Shown piece after piece: positions 49,673 through 58,523 of a stretch of DNA of 64,000 nt (position 1 is its first letter; every line of letters starts with the position of its first letter). The DNA comes from a virus (Duplodnaviria > Caudoviricetes): the IMG/VR virus record IMGVR_UViG_3300038673_000510, positions 52,959 to 116,958 of that record; one strand, 5' to 3'. The position numbers were made by a program, and so were the translations under genes. The notes below the pieces were generated by a model, which did no database searches, was not told the DNA's origin, and worked only from the letters and a program-made list of their open reading frames with translations.

Positions 49673-49676
49673 TATA
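49669..49676 (+). promoter_or_regulatory. putative late promoter GTAATATA followed by AATAT repeats
   Basis: Overlaps the nrdD stop, upstream of the operon containing the putative lysin. Confidence 0.45.
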
Positions 49677-49708
49677 AGAATATAATATAATATAATGAGG
49701 TGACGTAA

Positions 49709-49924
49709 ATGAATTTTAAATTTTATAATGAAGCGGAAATTAATTATGATATAGAAAAATCTTGGCAGACAAAGCAGAGTAATAACCCAAAGGCATTCTT
49801 TGGGTTTTCTGATTTTCATAATAACTATAAATTATATTTTTATCCTTTTCAAATTACATATGAAAACTTTATGACAATGGATAGTTGGTATTCAGAAGAA
49901 ATGAAAAAAATATCAAATGGGTAA
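49709..49924 (+). CDS. hypothetical protein
   Basis: GAGGTG RBS. Confidence 0.55.
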   Translation: MNFKFYNEAEINYDIEKSWQTKQSNNPKAFFGFSDFHNNYKLYFYPFQITYENFMTMDSWYSEEMKKISNG

Positions 49925-50198
49925 AGGATCGTTTCAATATGCTAATGGAAGTTGCAATGTATATTTTAAAACCAAAGAAGGATTATTAGAATTTATAAAA
50001 GATTTTAATATTCAAAAAATGCCAATTCCTAAAATTGAATATGAAGTAAAATTAAAGAATGGTTTATATATAAAATTAATTGATGGATTTTATACTGAGG
50101 AGGACGCAAAAGAATATGCTGATAAACTTATTGCTAAAAAATCTGCAGACTCTTATGAAATCAAGCAAAACGGAGCAGTTCTACTTAAGGAGATATAA
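49917..50198 (+). CDS. hypothetical protein
   Basis: 93-aa operon ORF. Confidence 0.55.
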   Translation: MGKGSFQYANGSCNVYFKTKEGLLEFIKDFNIQKMPIPKIEYEVKLKNGLYIKLIDGFYTEEDAKEYADKLIAKKSADSYEIKQNGAVLLKEI

Positions 50199-50199
50199 T

Positions 50200-50805
50200 A
50201 TGACGGATCAAGAAAAAATAAAATGGCTCACAGATTATTATAATAAAAAGAATTATCCAATAGATGATATAAACATCATTGGAATTCGTGATGAAAAAGA
50301 TATGGATAAAGATAAAATAAATGATTTCCTCGGATATTGGACAAGAGATGAAATTTTTTTATGTCCCGGAACAACTGATCCAGGTGTATATTGGACAAAA
50401 GATCCAGCAAGAAATTCTGAAGGAACATTTCATTTACTTGATGGATTTCATAAAGCAATTTGGTGTGTTGGCACTCATAGAGGATATGAAGCCCTTGCAA
50501 ATGATTGGCGCTATTGTAAACCTACTTCAGGCTGGAGAGATTTAGATTATGATTTTGTTCGCGATCCAACTGATGTTGTTACATGTGATTATTATGGAAT
50601 TAATTTTCATCATATGAGCGCCAACACTGTTGTAGATAAAGTTGGTATGTGGAGTGCTGGCTGTCAGGTAGTTCAAAAAATTGATGATTTCAATAAAATT
50701 ATGAAAGCAGTAAAAAATAGTGGAATGTACAAACATAATCCAGGTAAAACTGTTTTTAATTATATGATGTTTAAAATAGAAGACGTAAGAGGGATTTTAG
50801 TATAA
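50200..50805 (+). CDS. Putative cell-wall enzyme / endolysin with an L,D-transpeptidase-like catalytic motif
   Basis: AAGGAG RBS and ATG 50200; NIIGIR, TTDPG, GINFHH...WSAGCQV (His...SxGC). Confidence 0.6.
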   Translation: MTDQEKIKWLTDYYNKKNYPIDDINIIGIRDEKDMDKDKINDFLGYWTRDEIFLCPGTTDPGVYWTKDPARNSEGTFHLLDGFHKAIWCVGTHRGYEALANDWRYCKPTSGWRDLDYDFVRDPTDVVTCDYYGINFHHMSANTVVDKVGMWSAGCQVVQKIDDFNKIMKAVKNSGMYKHNPGKTVFNYMMFKIEDVRGILV

Positions 50806-50967
50806 AAGTTTTTATAAACAACAAAATATTAAAAAAAATTATTTTTTTTTAAAAAAAGTTGTACCATTTTTTAAAATTTTTTGTATATTATAATATAGGC
50901 ATGAATAATTTTCAGCCTAATGGTACTCTTTGGAGACCAATAATAAATATATTAAGAGAGGCATGTT

Positions 50968-51402
50968 ATGACAAGCATAATTGCTCCATCACAAAGAAAA
51001 AATTTAATTGAACAGATGTTTGACGACATATTCAGGGATTTTCCAGTTGCTTATGTACGTAGTTCGTATGAAGGGTTTCCAATATCAAATGTATTGGTAA
51101 ATAAAAAAACTGGCGATCTTAGAATTGAAGTTGCATTGACTGGATATAAACCAGAGAACATTGAAGTAAGTTTAGGTAATCAAGTATTGATTATCCGAGG
51201 TAAAGCTGATACAGAAGAAATAGAAGATTTTATGTATGTTCATCAGAAGATAAGAGAAAGAAGTACATTTGAACGTAGATTCGCAATTCCTAAAGAAATA
51301 AATACAGAAGGAATAAAAGTAAAAAATCAAAATGGATTGCTTGTTATTGATTTACCATTTGATAAAAAAATTACCTCGGAAAAAGTATTGAAAATAGAAT
51401 AA
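50968..51402 (+). CDS. Small heat-shock protein (Hsp20/IbpA family)
   Basis: FPISNV...IEVALTGY..ENIEV...FERRF...NGLLVIDL. Confidence 0.9.
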   Translation: MTSIIAPSQRKNLIEQMFDDIFRDFPVAYVRSSYEGFPISNVLVNKKTGDLRIEVALTGYKPENIEVSLGNQVLIIRGKADTEEIEDFMYVHQKIRERSTFERRFAIPKEINTEGIKVKNQNGLLVIDLPFDKKITSEKVLKIE

Positions 51403-51432
51403 AGTAACAGACGTTTATCTCTCCACAAAAAG

Positions 51433-51504
51433 AAAGGGAATATTCCATCAGGAAGTTCCCTTTTTTATTATTTTTAAAAGACCATCATAGGATGGTCTTT
51501 TTTT
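51433..51504 (+). terminator. Tandem Rho-independent terminators
   Basis: AAAGGGAA..TTCC-atca-GGAA.TTCCCTTTTTT, then AAAAGACCATC-atag-GATGGTCTTTTTTT. Confidence 0.8.
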
Positions 51505-51526
51505 ATCTATTTTTGTACTCAAAAGA

Positions 51527-51534
51527 GTAATATA
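51527..51534 (+). promoter_or_regulatory. putative late promoter GTAATATA heading the second YLE-gene cluster
   Basis: Follows the terminators and precedes an AAGGAG RBS. Confidence 0.6.
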
Positions 51535-51552
51535 AATTAAAGGAGAATAATT

Positions 51553-52332
51553 ATGAATGTTATATCTTTTAATATAGATTTTGGAACCATGTCATATAAA
51601 GGTAATAAGGCAATTTTTCCATTTGCGGTTGTATATCAAACGCAATCGAAAAAGATAGAACAATATTGCCAAAAAACATGGCCGAAACTTATGACACATG
51701 AAATTTATACTCCCGAAGATAATCTTCAAAAATATAAAATGTATTCTTATATTAAAAACAATTTAACTTCATCAGATTTAAACGATCTTCATAAAACTAT
51801 TTATGAACGCAACTGGATGTCTCCTTTAGACTTTAATGATAAAATTTCAACAATAGAAATTACAGAATATGGATGTAAAACTTGGTCTGATCCTAATATT
51901 CCATATCTTGAATTAAAGGGTATTATTATTATAGATATGATTGATATGTTCCATTGCTATATAAAAAAAGGATGGATAACATTTGAAAATAAAAGCGGTA
52001 TTCTATCTGAAAATCCTACAATTAAAATAAATAAAAGTCTGCCATTTATTATAAGATATAATAGCTCTCAAACTCCATTTGATATAATCTTAAAAGAAGT
52101 AACAAAGCAATTAAACACTAACGGGTCGGCACTTCTTAAAATGATACATACTAAAATTAAGATAAAAGATTTTGCCGGATATAAAAAGAATATTACATGG
52201 GGACTTGATAAAAGTATTATCAACATTGAAATTAAAGAAAAAATAAAATTATTAAAAGATAAAGCACTTGCAGAACCAATTAAATATGGATTGCTTGGAT
52301 TAGGTGCACATTATTTATTAAGAGGAAAATAA
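51553..52332 (+). CDS. hypothetical protein
   Basis: 259-aa ORF with a strong RBS. Confidence 0.7.
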   Translation: MNVISFNIDFGTMSYKGNKAIFPFAVVYQTQSKKIEQYCQKTWPKLMTHEIYTPEDNLQKYKMYSYIKNNLTSSDLNDLHKTIYERNWMSPLDFNDKISTIEITEYGCKTWSDPNIPYLELKGIIIIDMIDMFHCYIKKGWITFENKSGILSENPTIKINKSLPFIIRYNSSQTPFDIILKEVTKQLNTNGSALLKMIHTKIKIKDFAGYKKNITWGLDKSIINIEIKEKIKLLKDKALAEPIKYGLLGLGAHYLLRGK

Positions 52333-52333
52333 A

Positions 52334-52606
52334 ATGAGTAAAAGTATATTTGAAGTTTATTTTGATAAAATAAATCAGTCTTATAAAGATCTAAATCCAA
52401 CTATAAATACACAAGGTGGAAAACCTAAAAAGGCTTTTGTTAAAGTATCCACAGAAGATAGAATGGCAAAAAAACATGGAGTATCAAAAGATAAACTATG
52501 TGGTCATTGTTATGGCACTGGGAAAATTAAAGATGAAGATAAAAGCGATACGAATAGAATATTTAGAAAAGCATGCCCAAGTTGTGAAGGCAAAGGACAT
52601 TTCTAA
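52334..52606 (+). CDS. small protein with a DnaJ-type zinc finger
   Basis: CGHCYGTG and CPSCEGKG. Confidence 0.75.
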   Translation: MSKSIFEVYFDKINQSYKDLNPTINTQGGKPKKAFVKVSTEDRMAKKHGVSKDKLCGHCYGTGKIKDEDKSDTNRIFRKACPSCEGKGHF

Positions 52607-52710
52607 TGAAACAAACATTCTTAGAGTATCTTACTCGTGCTGAAAAATTAAGAGCACTTAGTAATGGACAAGAAGGATTAAAAGATTCTATTATTATACA
52701 GATTTTATAA
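52606..52710 (+). pseudogene. Truncated fourth member of the GQTNL paralog family
   Basis: MKQTFLEYLTRAEKLRALSNGQEGL then a stop at codon 35; resembles the 18607 N-terminus. Confidence 0.5.
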
Positions 52711-52772
52711 TAAATAAAATTAAATTGCCATTCATGTTAAAAATATATGATGGTCATAAAGATTGGGATTAA

Positions 52773-53372
52773 ATGAAAATATTTTTAAAAGCAATACATG
52801 AAGATAAAAATCTTAATTCGTCAAATATTATAGTAACTTATCAAGGAAGATTTAGTCCGCCAACTCGTGCACATATTTATGTTTATAAGACTTTGTGTAA
52901 TGAATTTGGTCCAGATAAAATTTACATATTAACTGCTGATCCCAAAAAATTGGACGAAAAAAATCCATATACATTTGCAGAAAAAAAAGATATGTTACAA
53001 GCTGCTGGTGTACCATCTGATAAAATTAAACAAATTATTGGTTCAGCATATAACTGGAATGTTATTGCTAATGCAGTTGGGATAACTAATCCAAATGAAA
53101 CTGTTTTGGTTGCATCAATGGGCGCTAAAGATGCAGAAGAAAGAACTAAATATGGAACTTATTATAAAATTTATAATGACAAAATCCCATTAGAAGATAT
53201 GACAAATCGTGGTTATATAAAAATAATAGCCAATATGAATATTGATGGAACTGAAACTCCTGTAAATGCATCAAGTATGCGTAAGGCTATTTCCGAAAAA
53301 GACATAGATATAATAAAACAAAATGTAGAACCAGGAGTATTTAATTGGTTAAGGGAGAATAATAAAATATGA
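52773..53372 (+). CDS. Cytidylyltransferase-like (HxGH-type) nucleotidyltransferase
   Basis: GRFSPPTRAH, KNPYTFAEKK, NASSMRKAI. Confidence 0.8.
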   Translation: MKIFLKAIHEDKNLNSSNIIVTYQGRFSPPTRAHIYVYKTLCNEFGPDKIYILTADPKKLDEKNPYTFAEKKDMLQAAGVPSDKIKQIIGSAYNWNVIANAVGITNPNETVLVASMGAKDAEERTKYGTYYKIYNDKIPLEDMTNRGYIKIIANMNIDGTETPVNASSMRKAISEKDIDIIKQNVEPGVFNWLRENNKI

Positions 53373-53737
53373 ATTTAAGCGAATATTTAAAAAAATACAA
53401 CGAGGAAAACGCAATAGTTGACCTTAAGCCAGATCAGCTTAATAATGCTGGTGGACTTATATTAAGAATAAAAATTGGTAATGCTATGGAATCAGTAGCA
53501 ATTCCAAAAGGTGAATTTGTACCACTCGACCAAAACGGAGAAACATATAATATTCTTTTAAATGATTCTGTTATATCGCGTATTCAAAGTGCCATATTAA
53601 AAGCTAAAGGAAATAATTCGCAATATACTTCTTTTGCTGAAGCTATTAGTTCATTTAAAGGACAAAAGATTAAGGTCTATTTAAACAAAGCAGAGATATA
53701 TTATAATACAGATACTGGAGCATTAAACTTCCGATGA
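53369..53737 (+). CDS. hypothetical protein with a YL leader
   Basis: MNLSEYLKKYNEE. Confidence 0.65.
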   Translation: MNLSEYLKKYNEENAIVDLKPDQLNNAGGLILRIKIGNAMESVAIPKGEFVPLDQNGETYNILLNDSVISRIQSAILKAKGNNSQYTSFAEAISSFKGQKIKVYLNKAEIYYNTDTGALNFR

Positions 53738-54120
53738 ACTTATATCAATATTTAGAAGAAACAACCGACATTGCAATGGGTATTAGATATGTTGAAAACG
53801 CTTTAACATCATTATATTCACTTGTAGAATATTTAAAAGATGAAAATAAAAATCAAATAAGTATTCAAAGAAAACAACAATATACTAATGAAAACCTTAT
53901 GAAAGCAGTTGGCTTCTTTGGTCTTCATGAATATATCGGTAAAGCTATACCAGGTTCATTAGCAGATAAAATAAATATGTCAATTACATCATTAAGTAAA
54001 ATATTGACAGATTATAATAATGGTATTGATGATGGACTTGGATGGGGTAAAGTTTGCGCTGATATTATTGCATCAATAAATACACAAAACAAGGAAATAA
54101 ATAATGATACCATTAAGTAG
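53734..54120 (+). CDS. YLE-leader hypothetical protein
   Basis: MNLYQYLEET. Confidence 0.65.
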   Translation: MNLYQYLEETTDIAMGIRYVENALTSLYSLVEYLKDENKNQISIQRKQQYTNENLMKAVGFFGLHEYIGKAIPGSLADKINMSITSLSKILTDYNNGIDDGLGWGKVCADIIASINTQNKEINNDTIK

Positions 54121-54601
54121 AAAATTAGAAAGTATAGTACCTAAGCAATATAAAAAAACATTTTCTTTATATCATGAAGATGATACTCAATTTAGTCTTT
54201 CATCATCACCAAAAAAAGCAGAAGGTGGAATGTCGGCTCAAGATAGTGCGCCTGCACCTGAAGCAACTAATGATGCTCCACCAGTTGAACAATCTATAGA
54301 ACCAGCTAAAGGTGATAAAGATAAAAGTTCGTGGCTTATTAAAAAACTTGTTGGAACATTAAGATATGCTGGAGCAATGAGTACCGAAATGCGTGGAGCC
54401 GTTCCAGATGAAGCTATGGAAATAATAGAAAAACTTGAAAGCGAACTGGAAGAATTAGCCAAATCTCTTGATCCATTTGTTACAGAAAGTCATGGAGATA
54501 CAGAGGAAGAACAATCTCCAGAAGAACCACAACAAAATGCAGAACAACCAGAAGAACAAAATACAGAACCACAACAAGATAATACTACTAAAGAGGTATA
54601 A
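54104..54601 (+). CDS. hypothetical acidic low-complexity protein
   Basis: PEEPQQN/PEEQN repeats. Confidence 0.6.
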   Translation: MIPLSRKLESIVPKQYKKTFSLYHEDDTQFSLSSSPKKAEGGMSAQDSAPAPEATNDAPPVEQSIEPAKGDKDKSSWLIKKLVGTLRYAGAMSTEMRGAVPDEAMEIIEKLESELEELAKSLDPFVTESHGDTEEEQSPEEPQQNAEQPEEQNTEPQQDNTTKEV

Positions 54602-54927
54602 TGATGAATTGGGATGATATGACCAAAGAACAAAAGCAAGATTTTATTGCGGATTATACCGATAAACACAATACCACTTTATCTCTTTATGATGAAGTTA
54701 TGGGATTAATATTTTATAATGATATGATAAATAATTGGTGGATGACTGGTGATAATGATGCACAAGAACAAATCTGGTCATCGTTAACTTCTTCTGAAAA
54801 AATATCTAAGGTTGAAGACGAAGTGTTATCATGGGATAAAACAATTTTAATTGAATTTTTAATTGATAATATGAATAGTCAACAAATAGAGACTTTTAAA
54901 AATATATATAATGAGATTAATAAATGA
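54601..54927 (+). CDS. hypothetical protein
   Basis: GAGG RBS; repeated W..(M/L)T..(Q/E)K units. Confidence 0.6.
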   Translation: MMNWDDMTKEQKQDFIADYTDKHNTTLSLYDEVMGLIFYNDMINNWWMTGDNDAQEQIWSSLTSSEKISKVEDEVLSWDKTILIEFLIDNMNSQQIETFKNIYNEINK

Positions 54928-56177
54928 ATTTTCTTGATTATCTTGAAGATATACAATCGGCGGGCCCAAATTTACATCAAACACATCTTGAAGATGAAAT
55001 ACTAAGTTATGGTAAAGATGGAATGCTTTATATCGCTGAAATATTACAAACGATAGCTAAAGATGGATTAACTGATAAATTTAAAATAACAGTTAAGTTT
55101 GATGGCAGTCCTGCATTAATTTTTGGTATATTACCATCAGATGTTACAACATCAAATGGCGTATCAATGAAGAAGGGGAGTTTTTTTGTTGGCACTAAAG
55201 GTGTTTTTAATGCAACACCAAAAATTGCCCCAACTGCAAAAGCTACTGAAGAATTATATGGCGGCGAACTCGGAAAGATTATGGGATTTGCTTTCGAGTA
55301 TTTACAAAAAATATATCAAGGAAACAATGTATATCAAGGCGATTTAATGTTTGCTGAAATAGCAGATAGAAAAAAAGTAATTCGTGTAATTGATAATCAA
55401 AAATATTTTACATTTAAACCCAATACAATTATATATACTATTCCAGTATCATCAGAAGAAGGACAAAAGATTTATAACAAAAAATTTGGTATTGTTGTAC
55501 ATACAAAATATACCGGCGAAAATCTTGATGACATGCACATTTCTTTTAATGTGTCAGAAAATGAATTTAAAATAAATTCAGACGTTTGGTTGGTAGATGC
55601 TAAACGCAAAAACATTAATGGTGGGTCATTATTACTTCCTGAAGATGCAAAACGAATAGATGGAATGGGAAGATATATTATTGATAATTTAAATAAAATT
55701 GAAGATAGTTTTTTTGATGATATGAAAAAATTTCAGCCTGAATATTTATTTGCCACATTTCTTAATGTAAGAATCAGAAATGGAAATAAAAAAATCATTG
55801 ATGATATAGATGCATTTATAACAGAGTTTAAAGAATGGATGACCAGTAGAACAGAAAGCGAAAAACGTACTATTAAAACCGATAAAGGTAAAGCAAGACG
55901 CGATGAAATACTAAAAAATAATTTAGCTATTATAGATAACAATAAAGAGTCTTTTGTTCAATTATTAAAGGTATATAAAGTAGTTATAAAAGCAAAAAGT
56001 ATGATTATAGAAGCATTAAATAATTCTACTCAAAGTTTACAAACATTTTTACAAACTGACGCCGGATTAATTCGCACAAATCCAGAAGGATATTGTGTGG
56101 TTAATATAAATGAAAAAATAAGTAAATTAGTTAATAGATTAGAATTTTCAAAGGCTAATTTTCAGAAAGATATTTAA
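54924..56177 (+). CDS. RNA-ligase-fold covalent nucleotidyltransferase (DUF6267-like) with YLE leader
   Basis: HQTHLED, motif I TVKFDGSPA, YQGDLMF, GIVVHT, motif IV PEGYCV, motif V KLVNRLEFS. Confidence 0.7.
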   Translation: MNFLDYLEDIQSAGPNLHQTHLEDEILSYGKDGMLYIAEILQTIAKDGLTDKFKITVKFDGSPALIFGILPSDVTTSNGVSMKKGSFFVGTKGVFNATPKIAPTAKATEELYGGELGKIMGFAFEYLQKIYQGNNVYQGDLMFAEIADRKKVIRVIDNQKYFTFKPNTIIYTIPVSSEEGQKIYNKKFGIVVHTKYTGENLDDMHISFNVSENEFKINSDVWLVDAKRKNINGGSLLLPEDAKRIDGMGRYIIDNLNKIEDSFFDDMKKFQPEYLFATFLNVRIRNGNKKIIDDIDAFITEFKEWMTSRTESEKRTIKTDKGKARRDEILKNNLAIIDNNKESFVQLLKVYKVVIKAKSMIIEALNNSTQSLQTFLQTDAGLIRTNPEGYCVVNINEKISKLVNRLEFSKANFQKDI

Positions 56178-56194
56178 TATAAAAGGATAGAGAA

Positions 56195-56452
56195 ATGAAG
56201 AAAATTATTTTTATGATACTTACATTATGTATAGGATTTGGTCTTACACTTTCAGCAAAAGAATATTTTGAAGACAGTTATTATTATTGTGGTCATGATA
56301 CTTTTGTTAAATATAATGGAGTAGATAGTAAAGAAAAACAACTAAAAGCCAAAAAAGAATTTGGCTGCGACGTTCAATACGTAATGGGCGGCGGAGACGC
56401 TGTTTATTATAATTGGAACGGTCAAGTAATGGTTATAGGAGAGGTAAAATAA
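56195..56452 (+). CDS. small secreted protein
   Basis: Signal peptide MKKIIFMILTLCIGFGLTLSA. Confidence 0.7.
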   Translation: MKKIIFMILTLCIGFGLTLSAKEYFEDSYYYCGHDTFVKYNGVDSKEKQLKAKKEFGCDVQYVMGGGDAVYYNWNGQVMVIGEVK

Positions 56453-56802
56453 TGTCATTATTAAAAACATATTTAGATAAAGTATACAACGAGAGAATGG
56501 AAGGAAGTATGGCACCAGGTGCAACTTCAAAAGAATTTACAACAGGTAAAGGCACGGCTGGTGTAACAACAACTTATAAACTTGAACTTGCTGGTAATAT
56601 AATCACAGGTTATATTGGCAATGAACAAGTAAATATTTCTATTCAAGATTTTTCTGCAAAGTATCCAGAGATTGCTAAAGAAGTTCTTGAAAAATTAAAA
56701 GCCGATGGTTCTGCTCATTATACACCTAATGATACATCTGCAATAGATTTTGTAAAAAATCCACAAACGAAAAATACATTACAAGCTACACCAGATAAAT
56801 AA
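56452..56802 (+). CDS. hypothetical protein with a YLD leader
   Basis: GGAGAGG RBS and ATG 56452; MSLLKTYLDKVYNE. Confidence 0.65.
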   Translation: MSLLKTYLDKVYNERMEGSMAPGATSKEFTTGKGTAGVTTTYKLELAGNIITGYIGNEQVNISIQDFSAKYPEIAKEVLEKLKADGSAHYTPNDTSAIDFVKNPQTKNTLQATPDK

Positions 56803-56812
56803 GGAGAATATA

Positions 56813-57520
56813 ATGATAGAATTTAGTGCAAAAAATAAAAAGTTAGAAAACTATATTACAGAGATGGGTGTTACTTATGGTCAAGGTCATAAACGCGACC
56901 CATTTGAAAGCTTCGATGATTTTCAAAAAGCAGTGTATGATAGTGATATAGCCTCAAGTATGGATTGTGACTACGATCCGCAAGAAGCTAAATGGAGAAA
57001 ATTCGCTGAAAATAGTGGATATGATGGACTAAAAGAACTTGCTAATGCTGTAGCAAAATTAGCGGGAACTGATCCACATGCGCAATTCCCGGGCATTGAG
57101 GGTCTTGCGGTTTTAACTCAAAATAAAGCTCTTCTTGAACTGTGCGATTATGCTAATGTCGGTAATTATGATATATTTATTACCAGCATGTTCTATGGTG
57201 GCAATAGAATGAAGAATTGGAAAAAATATGCTAAACCATGGATTACACCACAAGTATTTATTGATGAACTTGTTGAAGCTGTCGACAATTTATCTACAAT
57301 TGATGTAATTAGCACAGTTGAAAAAGTAGGAAAGAATATAGTTCGTATTACGTTCGGAAGTGAAAAAGCGCAAAATACACCAAATGATGTTAATTCGTTT
57401 TCAGCTGAAGATGAAAATAAAAAAACAGTTCATAAAGCGCTTGAAGCCGCAGAGGGTCTTTTAGATTTTAGTATAGCTGAAAAATTTGAATCAAATGTTT
57501 GGACTATAGCTGTAAAATAA
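56813..57520 (+). CDS. hypothetical protein, tandem paralog A
   Basis: Shares KKLENYI.EMGVT, RDPFES, GYDGLKELANAV, PGIEGLA, SMFYGGNRMK and IAEKFESNVWTI with 57533. Confidence 0.8.
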   Translation: MIEFSAKNKKLENYITEMGVTYGQGHKRDPFESFDDFQKAVYDSDIASSMDCDYDPQEAKWRKFAENSGYDGLKELANAVAKLAGTDPHAQFPGIEGLAVLTQNKALLELCDYANVGNYDIFITSMFYGGNRMKNWKKYAKPWITPQVFIDELVEAVDNLSTIDVISTVEKVGKNIVRITFGSEKAQNTPNDVNSFSAEDENKKTVHKALEAAEGLLDFSIAEKFESNVWTIAVK

Positions 57521-57532
57521 GGAATAAAAATA

Positions 57533-58231
57533 ATGATAACATTTAATGCTAAAGATAAAAAACTTGAAAATTATATTATTGAAATGGGCGTAACATTTGA
57601 AACTGGTGGTCATCGCGATCCATTTGAAAGTCTTGATGATTTTATTCATGAGGTAAATGAAACATATCGTTCTGATTCCAAGGAGGACGTTATTAAGTCA
57701 AGTTCTGAATGTGAATATAATACACAAGAAGGACCATGGAGAAAACTTGCTTATCGTTGCGGATACGATGGACTAAAAGAACTTGCTAATGCTGTGGTAA
57801 AATTAATGGGAACAGACAAACATATTGCATGTCCTGGTATTGAGGGACTTGCTGCATTAACAGGAAATAAGGTTCTTATGGATGCTTGTGATTATGGTTA
57901 TACAGGCAAAGCAGATCAATTTGTGGTTAGTATGTTCTATGGTGGCAATAGAATGAAAGAATGGAAGAAATATGCCGCAGGCTACATTACTCCAGAAGCT
58001 TTTATTAATGAAATGGTAAATCTTGATAGCTATGGACCTTCAGACGTATATGGTTTTGATAGCGTTATACCAATTGGTAAAAATATGATTCGTGTAGTCT
58101 TTATTCAATCAGAACAAACTAATAATAAAAAAACTCAGTTTCATAAGGCTCTTGAAAATGCAGATTCATTACTGGACTTTGGAATTGCAGAAAAATTTGA
58201 ATCAAATGTTTGGACTATATCGGTAAAATAA
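57533..58231 (+). CDS. hypothetical protein, tandem paralog B
   Basis: Same conserved blocks as paralog A. Confidence 0.8.
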   Translation: MITFNAKDKKLENYIIEMGVTFETGGHRDPFESLDDFIHEVNETYRSDSKEDVIKSSSECEYNTQEGPWRKLAYRCGYDGLKELANAVVKLMGTDKHIACPGIEGLAALTGNKVLMDACDYGYTGKADQFVVSMFYGGNRMKEWKKYAAGYITPEAFINEMVNLDSYGPSDVYGFDSVIPIGKNMIRVVFIQSEQTNNKKTQFHKALENADSLLDFGIAEKFESNVWTISVK

Positions 58232-58232
58232 A

Positions 58233-58523
58233 ATGCAAACAAAATTAAGTGTATACTTAGAAAAAATAAACACATCATCCTCAATTAACTTTGAGGATGA
58301 TTTTTTTAAAGCCGGAAAATATAATGCTTATATAGCAACATATGGTTCTTTGGATTATGATGAAGAAGAACTTAATATGGGTATTGAAATAGAAATGGAA
58401 CATACTTCTGATCCTCGTATTGCTCGTAAAATAGCATTAGATCATTTGGCTGAATTTCCAAAATATTATACTGCGCTTAAAGAAATGGAAGCAAAACTTC
58501 GTAGAGAGACGAAAAATAAATGA
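58233..58523 (+). CDS. DUF5661-like protein with YLE leader
   Basis: ELNMGIEIEMEHT.DPRIARKIALDHLAEFPKYYTAL. Confidence 0.75.
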   Translation: MQTKLSVYLEKINTSSSINFEDDFFKAGKYNAYIATYGSLDYDEEELNMGIEIEMEHTSDPRIARKIALDHLAEFPKYYTALKEMEAKLRRETKNK

